From Eledone cirrhosa (taxonomy: Eukaryota), in assembly GCA_964016885.1 (NCBI GenBank), contig OZ024742.1, forward strand, positions 123,876,001 through 123,940,000: a DNA stretch of 64,000 bases, given 5' to 3'. Below the pieces are notes generated by a model. The model searched no databases and was not told the origin of the DNA. It worked only from the letters and a program-made list of their open reading frames with translations. The position numbers and the translations under genes are program-made. Shown here one piece after another: positions 43,691-57,421 of this stretch (positions are counted from its first letter, which is position 1; each line of letters begins with the position of its first letter).

Positions 43691-45455
43691 GTGTGGTCGA
43701 TACAACATTTATTCATGTTACTGTTCAATTTTCTTTTCATCGTTAATGTATGATCGCGCGACGATTTGTTGCTCAAATGTTAACCCCTTATGTTGAGCGG
43801 AAATCAAACGAGAAAAAAATAACAAAATCAAAATCAATGAAGGATCATGTGAACTATTTTACATTCTACTGAATGTTAAATTTTAGTAAAAATTAAGAAT
43901 ATAAATATCTACTTTCTGCATATTTAAATAAACTTGATTTGTTTCCATACGCTAACGCGTATGTGTATATGCGTGTGTGTTTGTGCATATGTATACATTC
44001 ATATGTATGAATATGTAGATATAAACGCGCAAACACAGACAGACTTACAAAAGTACACACTCAGAGACATATATTCACACAAACACACATACATACATTT
44101 ACACAAACACACACATACACATACATTCACACACGGCGTAGGTATTTCGCCATCCCCTTCCTTCTTTTTACACGCACATACATCCACGTAGGCAGTAAAC
44201 GCAAAGAGAGGAGAATAATATGAAGTCGTTAAGCTACTCCTTTCTATTTACGTGTTGTGACAAAATTGCAGAAATTTATATATAGATATAGATATTTTTG
44301 CCCAGTAAGGATTTAACATCTAGAAGTAAACCGTTTATGTACGCAGATTTCCGATAATTCATGTCTACTCAAATCATTAACATTTGAGTGTGTGTTACTT
44401 ACACTTTACTCCCGTCACTGTGGCAATTGAGAAAACAACACAAATGTAGAGTCCATTCAATTGCAGTTGAAGGCCTAATTAGTCTATAGAGAGAAACAGG
44501 ATCTGGTGTCATTGGACTCAGTGTCAAACCAGCTTAATTTTCGAATTACTTGAATGTTATCCATTGAATTATATCAAACAATGAATTAATGATTTTCAAC
44601 GGAAAGAGTTATCACTATTCTTCCGATCACCTGTCATGAAAACTCCGACATTTCCAAGCAGAAAGAAAGTCACACTATATTCAAGTTTGACATATACTGG
44701 TCTTATCTTTATTAATATGGATATAAAGAAAAAGAACTCACCAACCAAATTAATGTAAGGAAACTAATCAATTGTATCGAAGGTTTATTGTATATATAAT
44801 CTTACCAAAGTTAGTTCCACAACATCATCTCAAGCAGCCATAACATTTCTGAGTTTCAATTACTTTCAAATAAATCTTTGCAATATAAAAAAGGCCCTCA
44901 AAGAATTCTTTTCAAAAAAGTTCTTTTATGTTAGCTTATTGTTTATTATTGTTTATTTTTTATGTTCTTATCTACACACGCCGATGCGAATTCTATTCTG
45001 CTTTCTACTGATAATGTGCAAATCCAGAAGCTGCCATATCTAATTATTCCAATGGCATATGTCAATTGAAAATCTCTTTGCCTTAGAGAGAAACAACTTT
45101 TCCAAAAGTCTAAAGTAATTGAATAATCCTATTATTCCCTAGATCATGACAATTATCTCCCGGAATGTAATATATTATAAATCATTTGTCAGTAGCAATA
45201 CTAGCAACTTAATAAATATTTTAAAGAAGAATTATACCTTTGAAATTTACATAAATTTCAAACATGTGTGTTTACATTTAATAACATTTTCTTTTCTTCA
45301 AACTGACTATTGAACTATATTATGACTCGGAAAATGGAGAAGATGATAAATTAATAAAAAAAGTGAAAGGAAACTCTGGAATTAATTTTTAATTGCATGC
45401 TCTAAAATACTCATACAATTTGCATATACACACAGACAGAAAAAGGGCCACACCC

Positions 45456-45593
<138 letters not shown>

Positions 45594-46045
45594 CTATATA
45601 TGTATATACATATATATATATATATGTGTGTGTGTGTTGAAAAAATCAAGCCACACAGTACAATGAAGGAATATATTAGTTCAATGCTTGAAGTGATATG
45701 AAAAGTTTCTTAACGTTTGGGCACTAGTCTTTATCAGAAGATGGAATGAGAAATAAAAGATGAAATAGAAACATAAACTGTGAGAAAAATAAGGAACGTA
45801 GTAAGTTGAGAAAAAGAAAGAAAGAAAAGGGACCACAAGCGTATTCAGTCAGCCATTAGGGAAATAGAAGACCAATCACGCGCGGTCTGTTGGTTTCTAC
45901 TAGTGACTATTCTGACTAGCCGAAACAATCGGATCTCACGGTCGATCCTGTACATTCACTAATGCACCTACTCTTCACCATAGCAATTATAGAGTAATAC
46001 TCTTATTTGTGGTCTTCTCGATCCCTGTACCGCAGGCTAGCAATA

Positions 46046-46176
<131 letters not shown>

Positions 46177-46240
46177 AATATATATAAATGAAAGGTATAG
46201 AAAACTTTGTAGCGAAAAGCCAACAGTAACCATAATATAT

Positions 46241-46369
46241 ATAGTAATAATAATAAATTCGAAGACTAAAATACAAAGCAGCGATTTGTGATTAAACTTT
46301 AATCTGTTATATATATATATTTCGAAGATTGTGTTTCGTTATTTCGTGGGCCGAGATTCCGATTCTCGA

Positions 46370-46445
<76 letters not shown>

Positions 46446-46520
46446 TATAACAGATTAAGGTTTAATCACAGAGTCGCTGCTTTGGATTTTAGTCTTCGAA
46501 TTTATTATTATTACTATATA
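46241..46520. repeat. Short fold-back repeat around (TA)n
   Basis: tagtaataataataaattcgaagactaaaat..aatctgttat and its inverse at 46447-46520. Related pieces at 11120-11290 and 48787-48852. Confidence 0.7.
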
Positions 46521-46523
46521 TTT

Positions 46524-47335
46524 TTCTAGGGCGGGTAAAATTCCCGAGATCCATGGACGAGTTCTCTCCAGCGGTCTCTGTCCCTCATTATCGCTGACAT
46601 GCCCTGCATCTCCAACAGACCAGTGTCTGTCCTTAGGGCATCAACATACGTTAACCTTCGTCTTACTCTTCCAGTGTCTCCATGTAGAGGCTCCCACAGA
46701 AGCACTGATTGCAATGTCAACTCTGGATGTCGGTGAGCATGTCCAGCTAACGTCAGTCTCTTCTGTTTCACGTTTGAGCTGACCTATGGGAGGCTCCCAT
46801 GCAGCTCTGAGTTTTTCATCATCAGATTTTACTGTAACACCGGCTCAGAGTTAAAGCGAAAAAAGATATCAGATGCTGAGTTTGCCGACGACATAGTTTT
46901 GGCGACAAATACAGTGAAGGAGGCAGAGGATTTGATGCAGGAGGTTGGATTGTGTCGATGAGTGTGCGGGTGAGAATGAATGAGACTAAAACAAAATATC
47001 TGGTAGAGAATGTTGAGAAGCCAGAGGGGATCACTAATGTAGGCGGGAAGCCGCTAGAATTGGCATTTGGGAGCAAAGATTGGGAATACGGAAGATGATG
47101 TTGTTGAGAGGAAGATCAAAGCCTGGGCGGCGTGCCTCAGCTTGAGATCGCTGTGGAAGTCGGACCTTCGTAAAGACCTGAAAATCAGCCTCTTCATTGC
47201 TGTAGTGGAGTCTGTGCTACTGTACGGGTCTGAGAGTTGGACACTGACCAAGAAACTCACTCAGATGATGTATAGGTGCTACACGAGAATGCTGAGGATA
47301 GCTCTGAATATTAATTAGTATACACTGAGAATTAC
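46524..47335 (-). mobile_element. RTE-like LINE with 5' inversion
   Basis: Minus strand 46820-46526 encodes MKNSELHGSLP*VSSNVKQKRLTLAGH..LLWEP. Plus strand 46820-47335 encodes EFADDIV..ESVLLYGSESWTLTK..RMLRIALNIN. Confidence 0.88.
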
Positions 47336-47361
47336 TATATATATATATATATATATATATA

Positions 47362-47950
47362 CATTAGACAATTATGAAAGTTGTGTTCCAATCATTTAAT
47401 TGCTGACAATCGTTTCTTCAAAGCTTTCGTTTGGGCGTCATCGGAGCATTAAAAATGTTTGTACATATAATTAACCTCCTATTCAACTGAACAATCATAT
47501 AGATACATATATATTGATGTTGTGAGCAACAGTTTCGTATTTACAGGGTGTACTGGTTGCGACATATATTATACGAGAATTGTACAAAAATTCAAATTAA
47601 AAATTAAAAGCACACAGTGTAAAACATGCAACAGATAATACAAGGGAATAGTCTAATAATTAAAGAGGCATTGAGAAAGAAGCATTGAGGAAGAATGAGT
47701 ACATTAGCAGTACATATGCAAGCGTGTAGAAAGTGCACGTGCGTTAGTTATATATAGGAGAAGGAAATAAGCAAAGGTATTATGCATATATAGATAAATA
47801 AATAAATACTGTATGGTAAGCAAATGTGTTAATGTATTAAAATTTATGGCTGATGTAATATGATAGTGTTCGAACACTATCGTAGGAAATTACTGACCTT
47901 TACTGTTTATAGTTGTTTATAGTATATACATAACTATAAATAATATCATT
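47362..47950 (-). mobile_element. Solo PLE pLTR related to the 35.6/39.8 kb pLTRs
   Basis: Shares gtacatataatt.acctcctat, gacatatatta, acagataat.caag.gaatagtc. Contains an HHR. Confidence 0.7.
47401..47448 (-). ncRNA. Hammerhead-like motif, U4C variant
   Basis: UGCU CCGAUGA ..CAAA..UUUG.. GAAAC GAUU GUC AGCA. Confidence 0.68.
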
Positions 47951-47953
47951 ATA

Positions 47954-48222
<269 letters not shown>

Positions 48223-48477
48223 CATACTCATTGGTAACTTCCATCGAAATCCAAGGTGGTATTCCTGAAATGTAATCTGAGCTGCAAGGGATTAAAGAAT
48301 GTAAATATTTAATGATTCGTGGTAGCAGTAAGAATAGTTGGTTGCCTGAGTGTGTTAGATGTATTAAGCGAAGATATAGAAGAATCAACAATAACCGTAT
48401 GCAACAAATCGATTATAGATAGTGTCGACAACAAAGTGTGTATATCTTTGCTAAGACAGTGTATGCATATATATATA

Positions 48478-48690
48478 AGTTATTCCGGGTTGAATCGGCG
48501 GTAACCACAGTAAGTAAGGTACTCAATACATATCAGAGTATAAAAGTGTTAATATAAAAGAGCTTCTACAGGAGTAGAACTGTTTCATCCGTGAGAAATC
48601 ATCAGGAAGCTGGCTGTCCAAGCTTCCTGATAATTTATCACGAATGAAACAGTTTTAGTCCTGTAGAAGGTCTTTTATACTAAAACTTAG
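48478..48690. mobile_element. Miniature fold-back made of a PLE pLTR tail (same family as the 14743 element)
   Basis: gttattccgggttgaatcgg..accacagtaagtaaggtactcaatacat as at 14743. Arms 48543-48611 and 48621-48688. Confidence 0.85.
48561..48611 (-). ncRNA. Type-I hammerhead ribozyme
   Basis: AGCUUC CUGAUGA uUUCucacGGAu GAAACAG..CUGUA GAAGCU. Stem I covaries with the 14825 copy (AGAUUC/GAAUCU). Confidence 0.88.
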
Positions 48691-48788
<98 letters not shown>

Positions 48789-48891
48789 CAGATTAAGATT
48801 TAAGCAAAGAATCGCTGCTTTCACCCTTAACGGGATCTTCTGAAACTAAAATATATATATATATATATTTATATTTATTTATTTATTTATA

Positions 48892-49005
<114 letters not shown>

Positions 49006-49022
49006 TATATACATAAATATAA

Positions 49023-49810
49023 TTAATACATTAACAGAGAAAGCTTTTAGCGATTCTCCGACCAACTTCCATCTCACTCAACAAACATTAGGATATACCT
49101 GAGTATAATCCCAATTATTTGTTTGGGGTGCTAACTATATTGTATTTCGTGGACAGTTGGCTGTATTGTTTTATATGAGACATAATTAAATAAATCTCTC
49201 TTTCTTTCCATACGATCGTTTCGTTATAAGATGGGAAAATAATTTCCAAGTTATGTAGAAGCTTTCATATAATCCATAGATATCAACGCAAGTGGGCACT
49301 TATAACTCATCAGTGGATGCCCAGGCCATATCAATATAAAAAACTACATTGATATTAATATTCAGCGGTGGTCTCCTCAGTGCTAGAAGGAGCGCTAAGT
49401 TTGAAAGTCCAGCAGTCCTTCAAAAAGAAATTTCACACTGTCCCCAAATGGGAAGTTGAGGTCATCGTAAAACTTAAAATAATATACACGTAGGTCATTG
49501 AATCCTGTTAGGAATTCTAACCACGTGTGAAGAGCTCAATTGGATATTAAAAAAATAAATATATGTACGTATTATTTATATATACATAGAATTATTTTCT
49601 CATGCAAAATAGCAGACATGAGGTACAGGGAGAAACAATCAATATTTCAGATAAAGAATCATAAAAAGATATTCACACCTAAATATCTGGAATTTTCATA
49701 TCTGGCCATCCAAGAGTATAATACTTAATACATTAACAGAGAAAGATTTTAGCGATACTCCGACCCACTCCCATCTCACTCAACAAACATTAGGATATAC
49801 CTGAGTATAA
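49023..49810 (-). mobile_element. Non-coding, terminally redundant, hammerhead-bearing unit (702 nt period; retrozyme-like)
   Basis: 86 bp direct repeats at 49023-49108 and 49725-49810, an HHR inside, (TA)n on both sides. Confidence 0.72.
49207..49317 (-). ncRNA. Type-I hammerhead with large loop 2
   Basis: UCCA CUGAUGA GUUAUAAG [68 nt] CUUAUAAC GAAAC GAUC GUA UGGA. Confidence 0.85.
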
Positions 49811-49913
49811 ATATATATGTATATACACACACACGCACCTCACACGCACGCACACACACACGCTCACACACATACACCCATATATATATATACACACATA
49901 TATATATATGTGT

Positions 49914-49958
<45 letters not shown>

Positions 49959-49963
<5 letters not shown>

Positions 49964-50485
49964 ATAGGATATGTGTTCCTTCACGCACAAGGCGCTAAGG
50001 TACGCATGTATTGTCCAACCAAATGCCAGTGTGGTTCAATGGCAGGTTAATAAATTAACGAGCCAGAACAAATATAAACAAGGTTTAGCAAATAATGAAA
50101 AAATTTCAAAATAAATTTTAAAAAATTGACTTTACCTACTATAGTTACCTTTACCGATCGGTTTCGAATCCCAAAAATAAAACGGAGACCATACGGCCTT
50201 CGTTGCAAAGAAAGATTCTCGTCAGAAGGTTCTTTTCATTCAAAGAATATAAAATTCCTGAATTTAAATTACGGACTAGCGCTATCAAAACTGTTCCTGG
50301 GATGAGAGTGGATGATGTAGAAACAGGTTTATCAAGGGCCGAAGTAAAGATAGAGGCAGAAGGAGGTAGGTCAAACCAGCCACAGCTATCACTAGCAGCA
50401 GTCGGAGCGACCAAATTTGTTCTCAACTTAGAGGAGATAGTAGTAATAGGATATGTGTTCCTTCACGCACAAGGCGCTAAGGTAC
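49959..50485 (-). mobile_element. Non-coding, terminally redundant, hammerhead-bearing unit (482 nt period; retrozyme-like)
   Basis: Identical 45 bp direct repeats at 49959-50003 and 50441-50485, an HHR inside, (TA)n on both sides. Confidence 0.72.
50147..50230 (-). ncRNA. Type-I hammerhead ribozyme
   Basis: ACCUU CUGACGA GAAUCU...GGAUUC GAAACC GAUC GGUA AAGGU. Confidence 0.88.
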
Positions 50486-50775
50486 ATATATATATATATA
50501 TATGTATGTATATATATAAAGAGACAGACTCATTATACACACTTGAAGATGATTATCGGTCACGGGTATTGTTTGCTGGTATGTTATGTATTGAAAATAG
50601 TATTTAGCTATATGGGTTTGGTTTTTCGATATATTAGCTGTAAAATTCAGTCAATTATCAACAACAAATATTTTCTTAGCATTTCCTTTGTCTTTGGTAT
50701 ATGTTCTTATTTATTTGTTTATGTATTATTATTATCATAATTATGGGGTCGATAAAATAAAGGACCAGTAATGTA

Positions 50776-51095
50776 CGGAAACTGGAGAGGAAGGTCTCTG
50801 CCGTCCAACAGAGTAATCGGGTGTGGGATGGACAGACCAGTTCAATTGCTTTGGGTCAGGTTTCGTGCAGACAAAATCTGGGTGACGAGCAAAAGAGATG
50901 ACGAGCAGCGTGTTCACACACACTCATATATGGGCCAAGAGGAAGCTATCTCTGAAAGATCGGGGGGAGGTGGCGAACGCATACATCACATCCACCATCT
51001 ACAAGTACTTGCCCCTCGTGCCTTGCCCCGTTCTGCGCCTACCCAAGTTGGAGCGTCAGCTATTCAACTTCTTCAGAGACAGTCATGGGATGAGA
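50776..51095 (+). mobile_element. Tx1/L1-clade LINE fragment, preceded by a SINE remnant (50742-50775)
   Basis: WAKRKLSLKDRGEVANAYITSTIYKYLPLVPCP..LPKLERQLFNF matches the post-RT W..R.LSL.GR..V motif. Confidence 0.75.
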
Positions 51096-51167
51096 CACGG
51101 ATAAACAAATTATATAATGCCTCTATACGGAGAGGGATGTGGAAAAGAAGAAATGGAATGAATGTTC

Positions 51168-51217
<50 letters not shown>

Positions 51218-51223
<6 letters not shown>

Positions 51224-51670
51224 GTGCATCAAAAAGGTAACATGAATTAGTGTGCTCTGCGAGCTATGTGTGGCGTAGTCATCAGTGTATTGCCTCATCG
51301 TGTGACGTAATATCTAGCAAGTATATAACTATAATATCAGCTCTCTGTAGCCATTGTTTTTTTTTTACATATGTCTTTATTAACAGCTCCTCAATTCTAG
51401 GTTGTAGAGCGATGGTTCGACTGGGAAAACACCGTCAGAAACAGAGACGAGCCGATGTCGCGCTGAAGGGTTTTCAAGTGGCGCAAAATGTACAACTAGA
51501 TACGTTAGGACGTGGAATATGACCCTAGGAGCCGAAGGCCTTCAACGAGCAGTACGGAGGTCAAAGTTGGGCGCTTGAACCAAGTGCTACGTGGCGATCG
51601 TCGGCTAACTGTTCGACTCGTCGCAAGTAAGCTGGGCATGAGCTGCGATAGCATTTGGACTGTTTTATTT
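51218..51670 (+). mobile_element. Mariner transposon 5' fragment
   Basis: TIR-like tatgaggtgcatcaaaaaggtaa after TA, then VFKW and [28 protein letters not shown] (mariner HTH region). Confidence 0.8.
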
Positions 51671-51690
51671 TCTAACTCACCTCGTGGACA

Positions 51691-51999
<309 letters not shown>

Positions 52000-52043
52000 A
52001 AGTTAAATAAAAGTCGAATGATCAAAATTTAGCTTCGTTTATT

Positions 52044-52098
52044 ACTGCTATATATATTTCAGTGACAGCCATCTTTGGCTGTGACCTCTTCAGGCAGT
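52044..52098 (-). ncRNA. Type-I hammerhead ribozyme
   Basis: ACUGC CUGAAGA GGUcACAGCC aaagau GGCUGUcACU GAAA UAUAUA UA GCAGU. Confidence 0.85.
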
Positions 52099-55000
52099 TT
52101 GAATTAGTATGGTATAGACAAGTACATATGTTGTTTAGGTGTATGATATTGTCAATACTCTGATATGCCCAGTTCCTTGTTGGGTTGTTAATTCACTGGG
52201 GAACTGGAATCATATGAATTCAAACAAACGACTTTTCGTGTCACAGGTCCCATTCTCCTCTCATTGGTCAGTTATTAGAACATTCCTCATTCTAAGTGTT
52301 GTTATTGTTGTAGTTAGCTTAAACATTGATAAAATGGTAGAAGGGACAAGGTGTTAAAGGAACAAAATAACAAAAAAAGTGTCAAACTTCCCATTGTTCA
52401 GTTCTGAGAGCATTTCTCAGTCAGAAGTCTATAGAATTCTTTCTTGGGTGAGGCTCCCTGTAGTGTTTTTGCTTGCTATTGTTCAGTACATTTGACCTCC
52501 ACCATTATTTTGGTACTGTTGTTGTTGTAGTGGTCAGCTTATATCTTGCTGCTGCTAACAATTTAGAAGTATCCAGTTTGTGTTTTTTCTTCATCCCTCC
52601 CGCCACCATCGTAGTGGTGGTGGTGGTGGTGGGTGGGGTTGGGGGTTATTTCATGTATATGAAGAAATATAAGGCAATAAATGAAGAAAAACAGAAAATA
52701 AATAAATAATATAATAAAATAAAATAATTAATATAATTTGTGTAATTTGAAAATAAATAAATAAATAGAGAATAAAGAATAAAGAGTAAATGAGAGATCG
52801 GTGAAAAAGTAATAATAATGTATATGGAGAAGTGAGAAATAATGTAGGATAAAGTGTGTGTGTGTGCTATAACCAATCTCAAGGTCAGAATATGTTGGAT
52901 AGATTGGTATGATACAAGATGTTAAGATGAGATATTCAATGTGTTTGTGTTATAATCTATCTCAACTTAAAATAAATATAAGGTGATACAGTGAAGAGGG
53001 GAGAAAACAAATAACAAATTAATAAAGAGAAATCAAGATTTAAGTTTGGAACTTGAAAGTCAGAAATCTGGTAAATTAAAAGTGTTTGTGTTATAGATGT
53101 TGGCCAAATTATTATGGCTGTGTCCGATTCTATCTCTAGGCTATCATGGTGTCTGCTCCACCTGGGTTGTTCCTTGTGGCTTGAGGGGAGTTCACAACCT
53201 AGGGTGTTGTTATTGCCCATATAGCTTGAGGGAGGTCTGGCCGAGAGGTGTTTTCATGTTCTGAGGGGAGTTCACATCTTCATGTGTTGCTACTGTCCAT
53301 ATATTTTGAGAAAGGTCCCGGCTCTAAGGTGTCTGCATGTCCCGAAGAAGTCGGTTCTGAGGTTTATCAGGCCGCTTCCACCTCTTAGAATCTCGAGGGT
53401 CTCGTTCAGGCATAGTTTGCATATGCAAGATCCCCCTTTATCGGGTGGTACTTTCCTGATTATGTACCAGGCCAGAGAGTATGGGGTCCTGTCCAGCTTA
53501 AGCTTCCAGATCAGGTCGGAGAGAGCTGTGCTTTTCCTTTTGGCCTCCTTCTTGAATGAATGGCGATGGTTGTACCAGCGGTCCTTAAAGCTCGTTGATG
53601 TGGCTCCTATGTAGAGGTGTTCGGGTTCGGGTTTTGACCCTACAACCGTACTCTAGGTTCTTCTTGAGACATTCATTACCAAGGGGGCATGATTCGGGGT
53701 TTCTGCAGTTGCAGAGGGTGCTCGGCCTCTGCGTGCCTAGATTAGGGTTCTCATTATGTGCTTCATGTTGGTCTTCCCCCATGCTCGGTGGGGAGTCCTT
53801 GGGTCTGTTTGTGTTTCTTGGGTGGGCTCAGGGTCCCCCCTTCCCTCCTTTCACATGGTTCTGCTGAGTGTTTGTATTGCCATCTTCTGGTTGTGTGTGG
53901 TTTTTAAGCCTACTTCTGTTGATGCTAGCTATGTGTTGGGCCACATTTCTCGTGGTGGAATACGAAAGCTTCACAGTGTGTCTGTTGAAGATCCTGTGGT
54001 ATCTGTGGTCCATCGGGAAGCATTTGTCAAGTGCTCCAAAGAATAATCGGGCCAAGCTTTTCTTTAGGGCCGCTGAGTAGGGTGGGTTGTACCACGTGAT
54101 TTGTCGGTGTCTCCTCCTATATGTGTGGGTTGGGGGCTTCGTGATTTGTTGGAGATTTGTTGGGTTGCTGGTGGTTTCCGCACTGTTGCTTCCCTTTTGG
54201 GCTCTATACTTTTTTGTTATCTTCGCGGCCCGGATTTGTGGGGTGGTTTTTGTCCGCCCCGGGAGATCCATCGTGGGGTGGTTGCCCGTTTCCTCCCCCC
54301 TCCCACGTTTCCTGCGTTTGGGGTTGTCCGTCCTGCGGTAGTTAGCGTCACGCCTGAGACTGCTACTCATATTGTGCTCCATCTCGAGGTCAAGCGCACT
54401 AGTTCCCACCGCCCGTGTGGTGGTGTCTGGTATATGGTGCCTATTTGCTTCTGCTCTGCCTGTATTGTTAGGGTTCGCCCCCCCTTCTGGCAATGCGGTT
54501 GTGGTTGTCTGTTGGGCTATCCACGTCCCGGCTTTTCGGACTATATGTTATATTTTGTCCATGTGCCGCCTTCTTTAGAGCTGTGTTGTAATATTCCGCG
54601 TGGTTGTTGAATATTTCCTTACTTGCGGACAGGCTGGAGATCCTGTCCGAGACACTCTTCACCACTGCCTTGGTGATGGATCTAGGGTGGTTTGATTTGG
54701 CGTTAACATATACGAGCTTCTCGTTGGGCTTGTGGTAGGGGTAGTATTGCTCGGTGTTCAGGTTTAGGGTGGTGTCTAGGAAGTTAACTACCTTCCTATT
54801 TGGGTCTATTTCTATGCTGAGCCCCTGGTTCTTAAAGAAATGGCGAATACGCCTCCTCATACCCTCCAACATATTGGTGCTGTGGTCATGTACTGTGAAT
54901 AGAGCATCGTCACGATATAATCTGCCGCCCAGGCAGGGAATTTCATCTTTTATCTGCTTCAGCAGGTAGAGCACAACCAGGTCCGTTACCTGCGCTGAGT

Positions 55001-55661
55001 CGCTGCATCGTGATGTCAAAGTTATTTGGCCAATCACTCCTGGTCCAAAGGTCTCCATCGAAGCGGATTAAGGTCTTTCTTGCGGCGTGGATGATGCTCA
55101 CCTCCTCTCGGGTTAGGTCCGTATTGGACATCGCTAAAAATAAGGACTTATTAAGTACTATGGGTGAGATTGAGGAGTAGTAGCTTGCGATGTCCAGTTG
55201 TATAGAGCTGGTCCTACTTTTCTCATGCAGTATTTTGAAATATTCTATTACTTCTCTTGTGCATGACCATTGCTGTAATTTGGTTTTCTTCCGAAGCTTG
55301 GGCAAAATCCTATCCAGAAAGAATTCTATAGACTTCTGACTGAGGAATGCTCTCAGAACTGAACAATGGAAAGTTTGACACTTTTTTTGTTATTTTGTTC
55401 CTTTAACACCTTGTCCCTTCTACCATTTTATCAATTTTTAAGCTAACTCCAACAATAACAACACTTAGAATGAGGAATGTTCTAATAACTGACCAATGAG
55501 AGGAGAAGGGGACCTGTGACACGAACATTCGTTTGTTTGAATTCATATGACTCCAGTTCCCCAGTGAATTAACAACCCAACAAGGAACTGGGCATATCAG
55601 AGTATTGACAATATCATACACCTAATCAACATATGTACTTGTCTATACCATACTAATTCAA

Positions 55662-55716
55662 ACTGCCTGAAGAGGTCACAGCCAAAGATGGCTGTCACTG
55701 AAATATATATAGCAGT
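55662..55716 (+). ncRNA. Type-I hammerhead ribozyme (inverted copy, sense to host gene)
   Basis: Identical to 52044-52098. Confidence 0.85.
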
Positions 55717-55857
55717 AATAAACGAAGCTAAATTTTAATCATTCGACTTTTATTTAACTTTATTTTACACTACTCCGGAGTAACCGAACCAACCTGCGCA
55801 CTTCGTCGAGTGCTCCAGCCTGCATACTGAGGTGTTGGTATACAACCAACATAAACT

Positions 55858-56051
<194 letters not shown>

Positions 56052-56203
56052 AGTTTATGTTGGTTGTATACCAACACCTCAGTATGCAGGCTGGAGCACT
56101 CGACGAAGTGCGCAGGTTGGTTCGGTTACTCCGGAGTAGTGTAAAATGAAGTTAAATAAAAGTCGAATGATTAAAATTTAGCTTCGTTTATTACTGCTAT
56201 ATA

Positions 56204-56289
<86 letters not shown>

Positions 56290-56337
56290 TATGTATGTAT
56301 ACGTACATACATATATGTATACAGACGTACAGTAGCA

Positions 56338-56371
<34 letters not shown>

Positions 56372-56419
56372 TATGTATGTATACGTACATACATATATGT
56401 ATACAGACGTACAGTAGCA

Positions 56420-56487
<68 letters not shown>

Positions 56488-56973
56488 CAGGTACACATAT
56501 ATATGTACGTATCAGTTTAGCGGACGTTTATTATAACGCCCGCTTTGTCCGTTTGTAAACAAACGGACAGCCTGATTTATGCCGTACGGTGTTAAGGCAA
56601 CCACGTCACCTTTTTGTTCAACACTGACACAGGAACGATGTTCTAGTTTCAAGCTTCTTAGCTATCATCAGCACCGCATTCAGAAATATCAAACAACATT
56701 TTGTGCCTATGTGGGAATCAGATACAAGAATATCTTTAATGGGATGTTTGAAGTGTTATGCCCTTCGATTTTTGCAGAGAAAACAAACAAATACCTTTTT
56801 ATAAATTTCTATTGGAATACCCGATCGCAAGAATAGACGCACAGACATACAAATATGCAACTTATCTTCTCTACATCAGATCTGTCGGTCTCTATCTATT
56901 TTCTCACATACGCACACTCTATTTGTTTCTCTATCTCCACCTCTCTCTATCGGATACACATACACACACATAC

Positions 56974-57009
<36 letters not shown>

Positions 57010-57253
57010 ACACACACACACACACATACACCCACACACCCACCCACACACACCCATACCCCCCCCCCACATACCCCCCCCACACACTTATATATATATA
57101 TATATATATTTATATATCCGATGTAGTTGACGGTCGAGAGAATGAGTATTCAATACCAGAGTAAAGTTTAAATATTCATTCATTTAGGCTAAATAGTAAG
57201 TGTGAGCAGGTGAAGCTACAGAGTAACAAGACGCACTATTTAGTCATCATATA

Positions 57254-57293
<40 letters not shown>

Positions 57294-57421
57294 GTGTGTG
57301 TGAGTGTGTGTGTGTATGTGTGTCTATCTGCGTGTGTGTCTGTGTGTGTCTATGTGAATGTGTGTGTAACATACATATATGTTAAAGCAAGTGTTTATGA
57401 AAGTTTGGAATTATGCAAATT

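Noticed and set aside
50151-50607. ORFs of 91 and 134 aa across the 482-nt unit
   Set aside because: No recognisable domain; they overlap the ribozyme and one runs into microsatellite.
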